A stretch of DNA of 57,668 nt, counting the filler, from Catajapyx aquilonaris (Eukaryota), in the NCBI GenBank assembly GCA_000934665.2. It is 2 parts of 2 records of this genome, joined end to end, with 100 filler letters (N's around TTAATTAATTAA, not from the genome) between each part and the next. Parts side by side here need not be neighbours in the genome. Positions count along the whole stretch, not along the records: positions 28,944 to 57,668 come from JYFJ02004879.1; 1 more part is not named here. One strand, given 5' to 3'. The notes below the pieces were generated by a model. The model was not told where the DNA came from. It was given only the letters and a program-made list of their open reading frames with translations, and did not search any database. Below are positions 29,654 through 42,400 of the stretch, one piece after another. Numbering within the stretch: position 1 is the first letter of the stretch; each line of letters starts with the position of its first letter. A program made the position numbers and the translations under genes.

Positions 29654-30314
29654 TGAGTTACCAAATCAGTTGAGATGGCAACCAAAAAAGCGGTTTCAAG
29701 TCCAAATAATTCAGAGGGTTGAGACGTATCCCGCGAGTCGCCCAACCCCGGAAATATGATTATGCGCAATCCTGATGGGTAGCGATCTTGCTGAATTACC
29801 CATAAACGTCCGGAGGGACTTGAATTTTGAATTTATGGGGAGCTCTCCCGTTGCGAGTACGTCTCTCGTATTTTACGTTATAATGAGATAATCATTAAAT
29901 AGTGACATTATCTCTAATACTGCAAGGCAACAAAGCACGCTCGGAGGATCCAATTAAGCTGCTACTCCTAACCAGCAACGTTATCGGAACCGGGGACATG
30001 TTTTCCTGTCAACAAAAAAAAATAGAACCAGCTTTTTTCGAATGTTCCATAAACCCAGTTTTTCCTTGCTTTAGTTTACGAATTACGATTAAACCGCTTG
30101 CATTACAATGCTGTTAGGTAATGCTATTAGCGGACACATCAAATGTTTCAATAGGCGTACCACCCTGTACATGAATGTGAATGACCCTGATTTTTGATCC
30201 ACATATAAAGCGTCCCACTGTCTGCATATACGACACTAAAGCATCTCATCCGTGTGACATTTAAAAAACTATCTCCCTCGTTCTCCCTTATCGTAGGCCA
30301 TGACCGTGACTTAC

Positions 30315-30494
30315 TTGAAGTGCGAGTAGGGTACCGCATTGGATGATGATATCTTCTCCAGCACGAGCACATCTTGTCCATGCTCCTTGAGGCGCACCGT
30401 ATTGGCTTCCACATCTCGTAGGATCCGGTTAAAATCCTCTTTATCGACCCTGAGGAAGTGGCAGTTGTCCTCTCGCAACACGATCGTCGCCGCC
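30315..30494 (-). CDS. RAPGEF4: Epac exon ([18 protein letters not shown]...VLVLEK...YSHF)
   Basis: CCCTAG acceptor, GTAAGT donor; end of CNBD-B and the lid region. Confidence 0.95.
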
Positions 30495-33400
30495 CTAGGG
30501 GGAAGAAGGAAGACAAAGAAGTAGAAGAAGCAGACCAGAGACAGGATGCCTAATGGGGATGTAGCACACTAGATTAGGCGGCTGCTGCCTCGGCTTCTAT
30601 TCCAACCTCAACGGGAAAGACAAATTCCGTTCCTTGTCGCCCCTACCACTGACATGATTGTGAAGACGCCAGGAGGTTTGAACCACAATGGTGCGTGACC
30701 AGGCCATCCGATACGACGATTAAAGTTAGAGCATCAGAATATTATTGTAGTGTCTGAAGGCGAAGAACGGGTTCCCTGCTAGTAATAAATCGCATAGACG
30801 TCTTTTGGGGTTATTGTGACAACAACAGCGACGTCTATTTGAACCCATCATCTTTACTGTATAACAACCGCCACTTGCCGCAAGTGTTTACAAGCTGTCC
30901 AATCGAGTGTCAAGCCCGGACGCATTCTTTAACCAGTTTTGTGCCCAAAGTACAGGGCAGCACAACAGTTTTTTTTCCATCTCACGGCTGGTAGCGTGAA
31001 CCTCCAGGACATCAAACAAGCAGGGGAGGGGGAGGGGGGTAGAGGGGATTGCGACCTTTCCTGAGGACCTAATGCAATTTCCGGGCTAACTCGATTAAGC
31101 CACTACTCAGGACCAACTGTTTGTTCCTTTTTGCAGCTCAGAAGAGGTGCCGAGAGAGCCTGCAGAGAGTGCTGGCATTGGGGTGAGGGGGAGAGCAGGT
31201 CCTAATTTAATGTCACTCCCTGTACCTCCAAGAAGAACCTGAGACTCTTACCTGGGCGCGTCGTTGATGAGAGCCAGCTTTCCGAAGTCATCTCCTTCGT
31301 GCAAGGAAGTCACCGTGCCTTTTCCGTGTATCACCACGTTCACAGAGCCTTTCAGTATAATGTACCACGACTTGCCTTCGTCTCCCTGGTGGAATACTTG
31401 AAACGAAAGCACCATTATGTACTGCTCAAGAGTCACTCACAACCGGATACTTACACACTGCTCCAGAACACGGATGAGACTCGAACACAATCACGTTGGC
31501 CAGCTCTCGCTTGATCGAATTGGACAGATGCGAAAGCGCCTTGATGTGAAGCAGCTCTTCGTATATCATCTCCAGGTCGTCCGCTGTCCTCTCGTGACTC
31601 CTGACACAAAAGAGTCATATCTGGCTGTAAACAGGGTAACATTCATTAAAAGAAGCGGACTCACGGTTTCCTGAGCACCATCCTCATCATGGCATCTGGA
31701 GCCCTCTGGGTCAGCACTGCCAGGACATCCTTCAGTGAGTCTTCAGCCTCCCGGATTTCATCCTCTTGAGGAACACCACTGCCGCCTCCCTCGTCCTCCT
31801 CTCGAAATCGGTAGAAGAGGTACTTGTCACGGAAGGGATGCTCCTCCGTCACTGCAAAGAGCGATTGGTGGTCACTTCATCGCACCATGATGAGTACTCT
31901 TCGTTACTTACCGTGCGTGAGGACTCCTTCTTCCAGCAGCGCCTGCCAGATGGCCACTGCTTGAGATCTGGTCCGAATGACCCCGCTCAGCTCCATCAAC
32001 CAGTCCACTAGCTCGCTACCGACCAGACATCGACGTGACACGCGACCTCCGGACTTACGATCCCGGACCAGACCTGGTGCTCGGGCCCGTATCAGTGTGT
32101 ACAGGACCCATCCGGCTCGGATCACTTCTTCAGAAGGACTCTGCAAAATTTGGCAACGGATCAGCTAAACCAGTGAAAGGCCTAAACTATTATAGTGACT
32201 CATTCTACCTGCAATCTGATCGATCCCTCCAATTTTATGCAGAAACATCCCCATAATTCACCTTCGTATAACGAGAAGTTCGCATGAGTGCAACGTTTGA
32301 AACCACACCAATCTATTACGTTCCCCTCAACCTAAATTTGGCCCAGTCAGGCTATGACATGAACTGCAAAATCTGGTTGAAATCCTGGTCAGAAACGACT
32401 GTCATCATTCTCCTCGTTCCCATCCAGTCCTCAACTCCTCGCTTTTATATCCCCACACACGCTCCTGACCAATATAGACGTTAATGGGATTCGCACATTT
32501 TCATTCCAGCACCTAACGTTTGGGGTTGGAATGAATCGCAATTGTTAACGAGGGCCATTTCCTCTCTTGGTAATTGCTTCCAATGATTGGATTAGCGGAT
32601 GGCCGAGGAGAAAAAGCCTATATGAAGTCTTTTGAAAATGGCGCTGGATTAATCTCCCGGCCACCAGTTGCGCCTCCGATGTTTCGACTGTCGAGCAAAT
32701 GGCATGAACGTATCGCTTTGCTTCACATGGGAAAATCCTCTTTTCAGTTGAAGCTTTTGAGGCTCCCCCTACCCATCCTATAAAAAGAGGGCTTCTCATT
32801 AACTTTTGAGCTCGTCTCTTCGCCGGTTCCTGCTGAATGCCTGTTGCTCTTGCTGATCAGTGAGAGATGTGTGGAGGCTTGGGTGGTCCTTTGCTCTATT
32901 AGGAGCTGATTTGTGCCAAGAGACGGGATCCAAATGAAGGAAAAGAGGATTCGCAAGAGTTTCGTAGCCAACAAAGATGGCAAAATGTGAGGCAGATGTT
33001 CAATGTGATCTAATGATATTGCAAGTAGAGCCCAATTTATCAATGTCGTCATTGCAGTACGCATTTCTGTTGAATCCTGCATTTATTTATTTATTACTCC
33101 TGAAGGCTGGTAAAATCATGGATTTTAATCATGCTTTTTAGACTACGTATTGAAAAATTGAACGCGTACTGTACATTATAATCCACATGGCTTTGTGCAT
33201 AGTAAAAAACCTGGTATCATTTCACGCACTTTTACCACACTATAGTAAATAAACAACTTGCCAACTCCCAAGAAGACGAGACGTCTCCAACGTAAACTGT
33301 GCGTGACTTGAAGGGGTGTCAAATAGTTTTGCGTCCTTTTGAACACGGTACAGTAGTATGATCCTCGCGCTTGGTTGCTCCGCAATGTAATATTTACGGA

Positions 33401-36400
33401 GCGTAAGTACAGTACAGTAGTGCACTAGCTCAATTGATGCAGTTTATGGGCGTGAAGGTCACGGTGGGATCTTATTCGTGAGGCTGCAAACAAACCAAGG
33501 TTGTGTGACGCTTCTGAATTGTCCTAATTATTTCCTGCCCAGACCCACACGACTGCCCTGAGATGCCATATCTCTTGTCCTATTTTTTTGGTAATTATTT
33601 TGGAACAAGAAATGCTGTTCATAATCTCTCTAACAGTGTCCAGTGCTGCAGAAGAATACCTTCTGGCGTATGACGATAAAAGGATTAAACTCTTTAAACC
33701 AAAGCTGTACGGACCGTCACGACCTAGCTTTTCATGCGTAAAAAAGTCACGTCCTAAAGGAAACGTGTGTCCAATATGATAAAAAAACGTAAAAAGCGTC
33801 CCAGTTTTTCCACCATCAAAACAGGAAACTCCGCATCCTCCAGGAAATCAATTTCCGCGCAATTTGTGCACACAAAATAATCAAGACCTCACATTAGGCA
33901 GTAATTAACTTATTTTTGAAACCCCTCGCGGACGTTAAAGGTCGTCCATAAATAAGAGCACTTTACATGATATTCCGAGCCAAATATGACTTTTGTGTGA
34001 ATATTTTTTTTGCACTCACCTCTGTGACAGGAAGGGCCGGATTTGGTGCTCCAGCGGTGTTACATATGGAGACCCTCTTGGCTGGAGACGCCGGCGTCGG
34101 AGACGGAGACGCACTGAGGCTGGCAGCACTTGCGGCGCTTGTGACCCTGACATGATTGGTGGTCACCGAGGGCGACGGGGCCTTCTGACTCTCGGGGCTG
34201 AAACCTGCCCAAATGACAACTCGTTGTAACATTTTGTGCCCCCCAGCTAGTTAATTAGGTCGGAAACGATCCGAACATTGCTAGTCTCTGCGCAAAATGT
34301 ACGTACGCAGTTTATGCATCGTAGTTTATGCGACATATCTGCAGGGTTGACACCTACATACGGGGAGGGATTATATCGCGAATTTGCAGCGCAAAGCGAA
34401 AAATCTAGCAGGGTGTGTGATATACGCTGACAGATTAAGGGAATTGGCGTAAATGCCTGCCTGCTCTGGATGTGAAGGGTTGGGACGTGTTCTAACTGTG
34501 TAATGCAAGCTGGTAGTGGCAACACAGCAGTATATCGCATTATATCACTCTAAATATTTTCGAGTGTTTTCCATTCGATTTGAGTGATTTCCACTCTTTC
34601 GCCTACTTGATTTTGAGTGGAAATCACTCGATCACTTGAGTGGAAGATTTTCGCTCGCACATCTTCACTCTTTTTCGAGTAATATTCAACTCGATTAGAG
34701 TTCAAGTAAAATTTTCCGGAGTGAAATTCGCTCAAAAATAGCTCCATTTTGAGTGAAATTGTCACTCGAATATTTTTAGAGAGTAAACACCTAACTTGTC
34801 ACATATTCTCATGAAAATTATTTATATTTAAAGGTAATAACCAGTTGCTGAGGCAAACAATCATCAACTTTCCCTATAGGTTAAGTGAAGAGCAAGGGTC
34901 ATATACCACCCTGTATAAAAGCAATCGATTTAGAATGGCCGTGCTACTGCATTATTTTACTTCGAACACGAGCCGAGGCAAACTGAAATAAGCCGCCTTC
35001 GAAATTTTCAAAATGCTTCGAGCCAAAACTAACAGAAGCTGTAAACTCAGCTTCCAAAATATGGCCACGAAACTAGGTGTCTGCCTCCACCATACATTTA
35101 CAGAGACCCGAGGCAGTTTTCATAACACCAGTTATTAACCCTGCGATCTCATAGATCTCCGGATAGAGATAGCAAAAAATTCCGATGCGCAAGCTTGCTT
35201 ATCCAGGGTAGACTACTTAATGCGAAACCGCTATGCCATTTGCCCTGCTAAGCATCGGGCTAATTTGCAACCTCTTGAAGTCATCAGAGGTCGCGGGGGC
35301 GGTGTGTGTAACGAAGGGCAATTAATGTAAATACTAATAAGATGCGACAAGGGGTTCAGTAGCTGAACTTTGTCCGGTGGAATTAAGTCGATATTAATCC
35401 ACTTTTCATACTTAATTCGACGAACAATGAATTCGACAGTTTGATGGAGGAGGGCAATGTCACAAGAAATACGACAAACTGTCTAATGGTACTCTAAAAG
35501 TTTCATTCTACTCACTTGGTCTCCGAGAGTTTCCTTGCGGAACTTTGGAATTAAAAAGTGTAGGGGGGAGGAAAATGAGAATAACCTTTTTTTTCAACAT
35601 GGAATGCATTGATAAAATAATAATTTCAATCGTTGTGCCCCCGGCAGAAAACCAAATTTTGCATAAACTTCAGCGGAAACTTTTCTCGTGGTCGCCAATC
35701 TCGTTTCCACTAGTGCGAAGCCAATTTATGCATGGTGAGAAAGAAGCGAAGGAGCAAGAAACTCAAGTCGAGAGGAAATACATTTCAGGATCTGATCATT
35801 CAGCGAGAGCATAAAAATAGGCCAAAAATTTTCCAGAGAGTGCTCGCCCATCCAATAAATATTAACAGAGAAGCTCCGAACTTGGCTGCACCCCCAAGCA
35901 CTTTGGCGCATTTGTTCAAGTGAACATTATTTTGTAAATAATTAGTCCACTTATCACTCTCAGAATTTTCGAGTATTTTTTCACTCGTTTTGAGCGTTGA
36001 TTTGAATTCCACTCGTTTTGAGTAAAAATTACTCGATCTCTTGAGCGATTTGCATTCAAAATGAGTAATTACGCGTAGGCCTATTTCACTCACTGAAAGA
36101 GTAGTTTCTCACTTATTTTCACTCTTCTTTCGAGTAATTCGAGTTAAAGTAAATCGTTCCCGAGGGAAATTCACTCAAAAAGAGCAATTTTTTTTGTGAA
36201 ATTGCTATTTGTTTGAGTGAAATTTTCCATCTGAATTTTTGGGGCAATTTCAAACACTCTGCATGGAGCACAACTTCAATTGCTGTACAAACCCTGGAAA
36301 AATGGCAGGTACTCACCATTCCGGACGTGACTGCTGGTGTGTTGTCCCAACAGGTCCTCCATCAGGTCCTTATTTTTCTGCAAAGAGTAAACGAACATCT

Positions 36401-39400
36401 GACGTTGCTCCTGAAGCTTGAATTGGATGCACAGGTATCCCAATCGAATCTCATATTTCTTATGTCTCTTATGTTTATGAACCCGCACTGGCACATCTGT
36501 AGGAGGCAACGAGTCTACCACAATCCTGCCCGGATCGGATCCGGTCGGAACTTGTTGCTCCTTCCCCCAATTCCCATTCCAAATAGCCCCGGAGTGTCGG
36601 TGGTTCCGGGTTAATCCGGACGCAAACACCGCCTCCTGGCAACCAATTCCATCCGGCCACTTGTCCCTCTCAGCACCTGACACCACTCTCACGTGCATGT
36701 CCACCAAACTGTGTGTGTACCGGAAGCGTGTCTCAAACACACACGTTACTTGGCCAGGTCCCAACTGAATATGTGGCGTCGTCGCCGGTTCTCAGTTTTT
36801 TTTTCGGGGGTGTCTGAAACCTCCCAAAACGGTTTTCTTTACTAGGAGAGACAGGCCTGGCTTTAAGAAACACAAACAGAGCCAATGTTACCAGGATAAC
36901 ATTACAAGACAGCAGGAAGGGAGATTCAGACATAAGAGGGCTCTTTCATGGAGGGGCAAAGGATGCTCCTTTGAGAGGACGATAGATAAGGTGTGTTGCA
37001 TATCTGAAAACTGTGAGAGGGTATACTATACACGGATTGACAAAACCGCTGATTGAAGGTGCATGTAAGTATACGCCTCTTTTGTGAAATGTAAAACAAG
37101 TAATTTAATTTTGGAGCGCGTAACTAGCTGGTGCAACTTCGGCTATTCAATTACTTCTTGGAAAAGTATACAGGAGAAAATTGCGCTGCTGATGAGCAAA
37201 ATGTCGCAATCGATTCATTTTTTTAGTAGGCCAAATTAGTTAGCCTCGCTTAATGAGGGAGTGAAGTTCCTTAAATTACTTCCGATCAAGTCTAGCCTTT
37301 TAAACTCGGCTGGGCCATGTCGTGCTCTGTTTACATTTCATTTCACGTATAATAACATCGACACTGCATGATGTAATGATAAAGGTCTTGTACAGTATAC
37401 CCTTTTGTTTTTAGAGAAAGACTCGGTGCACATCAATTCCACTAATAGGCACGAAAATTCACTAGTTCGCTAGAAAATGACTAGACGTCTACCACAAAAG
37501 AGCCAGGATATATCCCATTCAGGCCAAACACGCCGAGAAACATTGCCATGAGAAAACCTTCACACTACTCCTTTCATCTCCAACTTTGCGTGAGGCGGCA
37601 AGGCAAGCTAAAATTTTCTCCAAACTTCTTATCGTACTTTATTCCGGTATACACCTTCACTCGATAAACACAGAATATCGTAAGCAGCAAGAAATATTTT
37701 CTAGCTGTGAGTTCAAAGTTCGGAGGTCACGTCGACAGTATTATTCCAGCAGTGGATGGAAGCACTTACACACAGTATTTTTAGAGCGGTTATTGCCCCT
37801 GGTTTTTTGAAAGGGCGCTAAAAGCAAGCTCCGATTCCAAGACGTTGTATCTGCCGCTTCTTTAGTCAACTTCTCCATCGACCTGCTTCTGCGTGAGTAG
37901 CAGCGATAAGAGGAGAAAATGAGCGTGCTTTCATGACACCGGCAGCTCCCTGCTGTGCCCATCTCGATACTTTTCTGCTCAGGAAGCTCGTGAATTATGT
38001 TGGCAAAGTAAAGTGGAAATCGCTCTCCATCCTTTTCCCTTCTTGCCAAAGTCGCCCGACGGAGCGATCCATTTTTATATGCCCGCCCTTTTTGCGCTTC
38101 AAAAGGTCCGTTCGCGGTGCGAAGTTTCAGCTCCATTATTCCCGGGTAAACACCAACTGCCTTACGGCCCCTGAAGGGTAATGCAAGTTTCCCGCTTCGC
38201 AAAACCGCTTGTCTGGATCCATACACAGTTCGTCGTAGGCTATATGAACACTGGGAAAATCACTGCTTGGAAAGTGGGAAGTTGGATGGTACGACAAGCC
38301 CTTTTTTGTTTCCAGAAATTGCGAATCTGCAGGGAACTGTGTTTGAAAAATGTATGATCGGACCTACACTAGAGTTGACGGGATATCAAGGATTCATGAT
38401 GGTGTAGGCTAAATTCGTGGTCCTGTAAAACATCCGGCATTCGATCCCGACATCACAAAGAAATTTTTTGCTACTTGCTACGAAGTACAGTGTATAACAT
38501 AAATACTGCAAATACTGCACCAGTGCACAGTGCCAATGAAAAAATACGGTATACTAGAGCTGGCACACTCTGTACATGGTTCAATGGTATAGTTTAGGAC
38601 TACTGAGAATCAAAGTTTCGAATTGCGTCTACAAAACTAGGCGATAGAGCCTTTTGATGGGGCCATGCTAAACCCTAATCCTGCGACAGAGTTACGGGGG
38701 AACACTTGGAGCTATTAGCTCTTACAACAAATCCGGATTGCCCTGAACCGTTTAATCGAGCTATTTTACAAGACTATAAAAGACGTAAAACTGTTGGCTC
38801 CAGAATCTCTTTCCCAACCAAACAGCTCTAAGATCAAAAATTAAAGACGCCTTTAAAAATTAATTGATCACATAAACCTGCCCTTAATTCACAAATGGTA
38901 CTTTGACCTTTGCATTACTCACCTGACATGTTTTTTACGGCCCCAATGCAAACGTGCTACTGCCCAATGAATCAAACTAGTCGGCTGTTTTCGTCCTCCA
39001 GCACGTTACATTATCCGTTCCTGCAGCGAAAAGAGGCATCCAAACCGCTTCAAATGCTCGAAAACAATCAAGAGGTAACTCCCAGAGGCTTCCTCACCCC
39101 AACTCGGATTATGGTTTGGGCAGCCCCCATCTATTGTGCACCTCGCTTAATCACGTCTCACCGATTAACTTTCCCCCGACACTTTCAGACAATCTATTTT
39201 TTCTAGACGTCTACAGAACGGGACAAGGTCCATTTGAAATCCACTAATAGCCTCAGCTGGACCCTTCCCATACAGAAAATGTCTCAAGACGAAGGTACTT
39301 TGGGGTCTATCCTACTCCTTTTTTTCTCGGGTCATTCCTCTCTCGATGCTGGTTCGTCTTTTCTTCATTTCGTCTCATTACTTTCGACATGAATGCGGCT

Positions 39401-42400
39401 ATAATGAAAAACTCCCGGGCATCTCTTTCATCCTCACAATAACTCCAGCGGTGCTTCAATTTCTTTTGGATAAACAAGCGCTATGGCTCGCCGGTCTGGA
39501 TTAATCAAAAGTCATGGAGAAAGAGAGAGAGAGAGAGATGAAGAATACACTCAATTATTATAATCAAATGGTGAGGGATGAAATATTTTTATGGAGTGAT
39601 GTTGAACTTCTCTGAAGGATGAAACATTCAGTAGAATCTGCATAATGTAAAACCTTGGGTGGTGTCTTTACCTATACAGAGCAGTTCTTGGAGCAGTTGA
39701 CTGCTTCATATTAATATTCGTAATGTTGATCAGAATATATTTCATTTATGCCAACTAATGTCCTTCAGATGTAAACGTGAGCCCTTTGAGGATCACTGTA
39801 CTTAGAACATACAGTTTTCATTTTATTATTTCACAGAGCGGTCTAAAACTCAATATTTGCACATATGTCATTACTCGTAACACTGCAGAGACTCCAATAA
39901 CGCTGCATGCTTAAAAACCTGAGCCCTTCCTGCTATTGTAAAATGTCCTTTTGTTGCTAACTGACCTTACAATAATATATTCAGGGGCTTCTTTTTTTAA
40001 ACGACTACATCAAACCATCATTAAATCGGTCGTGTTCCACTTTCGCCCAATACGACCAATTTCGAGTATTTTGGTCCAGAACAGATCTGTTTGCCCGTGC
40101 TAATGTACGAAGTAACCTAAGCTGCTCAGCAATGCAAATTAGTTCTGTCCTGATGACAATGCAAGCACGAACCGCATTCGCCAATTACACATTTGCAATA
40201 GATCACCATCAAATACGAACTCCATATAACGCTTAATTGCAATGCGTCGTCCTGCAAGGTTCGTCCTTCCCTCAGAAAGTGTAAACAAAACCTCGCACAC
40301 AAACCGCAGCCATCACTCGACCCCCCAAAAAAACAGGCCAAAACTGTAAAAGTGCATAAACCTCTTTATATTCTCAGAGAGGTGAGGTGTACATGTTTAT
40401 TAATCTGAGTGCAATATGTTGAAAAATGTATATGGTCGTGGTGTTGTTATCCGATAATATTCAGAGCAAATATATCTGACTTCTCATCCGCACTTATCCA
40501 TCGAGACTTACTTCACGCCCGAAAGATTACATTATTATCCCCTCCCTAGGATCGAACGGCATTAATTTTGCATTGATGAAAAGCAAGGTATATGCCAATG
40601 CCCTAGAAACTAAGCATGAAGGGGGTTTCAGGAGGGCTTTTTGCTGGATCAATACAACCCATGGGCGGGGGGGGGGGGGGNTAAACCAGTGTTCCAGGTA
40701 GCCACTACTCAATACGATGCAGGGGGGGAAACAAACTCCACTCTTATTCCATGCCATATCGAGAATCTATTTCCCCCCCTCGAGTCCCATGATTATTTTC
40801 TTAAGAGTGGAGGGGGAGGGGGCTCAATCTGGCTATCAGATGGGGGGGAATCTGCTAGGTTCTTCGAAAAGGCAAATAAAAGTGGTCATAACTCAGGGAA
40901 TGTCAACAGACTGATTTGAAGGGATAGAGTGGTTCAACAGGTTAATTAAAGGAACGTGCGAGTTATGATGTGGTGTCATACTTTATGTTCGAAACGCAGA
41001 AGATAATGGGAATGTAGTGGTGATTTACATTGTTGATACTGAATCCTCTTCAAACAGTGATAATTTACATCATTTTATGCGTCGTTGTTTGTGCTTTTTC
41101 TCCTGTCCTAACAATGCCTTTTTTTGCATGTGACAATGTGGACAATGCCTCGAAGTGATGGAAAGTGACAAGTCAACAAACAACGACCACAAGTAGAATT
41201 CACATGTGTACTGCTGCACATGTTATCAAAGTATTTTTACTAGATCGTGGCTTGGATCGAAAGCATGGTATATGAGAATCTCAAATGTTAACAAAATATT
41301 ATTCAAGCCCGGCAGTATACGAAGCAATATGCTTTCAAGCAATTACAGACTTTGACAATAATTATTAAGCTATAGGACGGCAGAAAAAAATTAGGCATGT
41401 GATTAAGTCGATGGCATGTTTCATCGGCTTACTTGCATATTAAATGAGTGTAACATTAGCATAGGTGACTGTCATATAATCCTGGAAGAGCTGTGAATCC
41501 TAACATCGATTTTGTACGCAATGCAGCAAAAAAATGAACTGCAACATTTAAAAATGTCTTCATCGATCATTAGAGAATTTACAATTATTAAGAGGTAATA
41601 TATTTCAAATATTTAGCAAGAAAAGTTTATTTGACTCTATTATTTTCTGGACGTTTTCGTCTATAGACTACCTTTTGAGAAGAACCATAGACAACAAATA
41701 TGTTGCAAGTAATATTAGCCCATTAGCATATCGTAGGCAAAATCATGCGGCGCATATTTTTAAGTCGACCTGCATACTCTTCATTGCAAACAAAGGTATC
41801 ATTGCATCAAACACAAATATCTTCTAACCTTGTGTATTGTACTGTGCTGCTCCCATGAACAATGGCGCACAAATACTTTGCACCAGCCCGCTTTTATGGG
41901 ACTCTTGAGTCGCATTTATGTGAGCAGCATCCTGCACCACACGTTAATTGAAATTTCGCTACTCGCTCGGGTCATAACATGTTTACTCGTGCACATGACA
42001 ACAACCGTAATAGCCTGCTAAGCCATATTCAGGGGAGCAATACCGTAACTTATTTATAGGGAATTTTTTGATCAGATAAAATTAATAATCGGTTCTTCTG
42101 CAGGCCTACATGTTAATATTGTAGAAAACATGACAAAATTAGCTCAACCACACATGTCAAATATTATTTTCAAACAGCTTATGCTTGTAGGGAAATAACG
42201 TAACTCCTGGTTAATAAAAACCTATCAGAACATGGCATTTTTGTACATAATAATTTTTAATTACGACGTATATATGCCGCGTATTCTCATTCAGTATTAA
42301 ATTTCCACTAAATAGACATCATTACACTCAAAGCACACATTTCCTATGCACTGTAAAGAGAGTTCGAAGCCAAACAAACCTGCAGTTATTTGCTAACTTT

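Noticed and set aside
32744..33082. 112-aa minus-strand ORF in an Epac intron as a cassette exon
   Set aside because: Weak splice sites, no similarity to Epac, and the flanking exons already join in phase.
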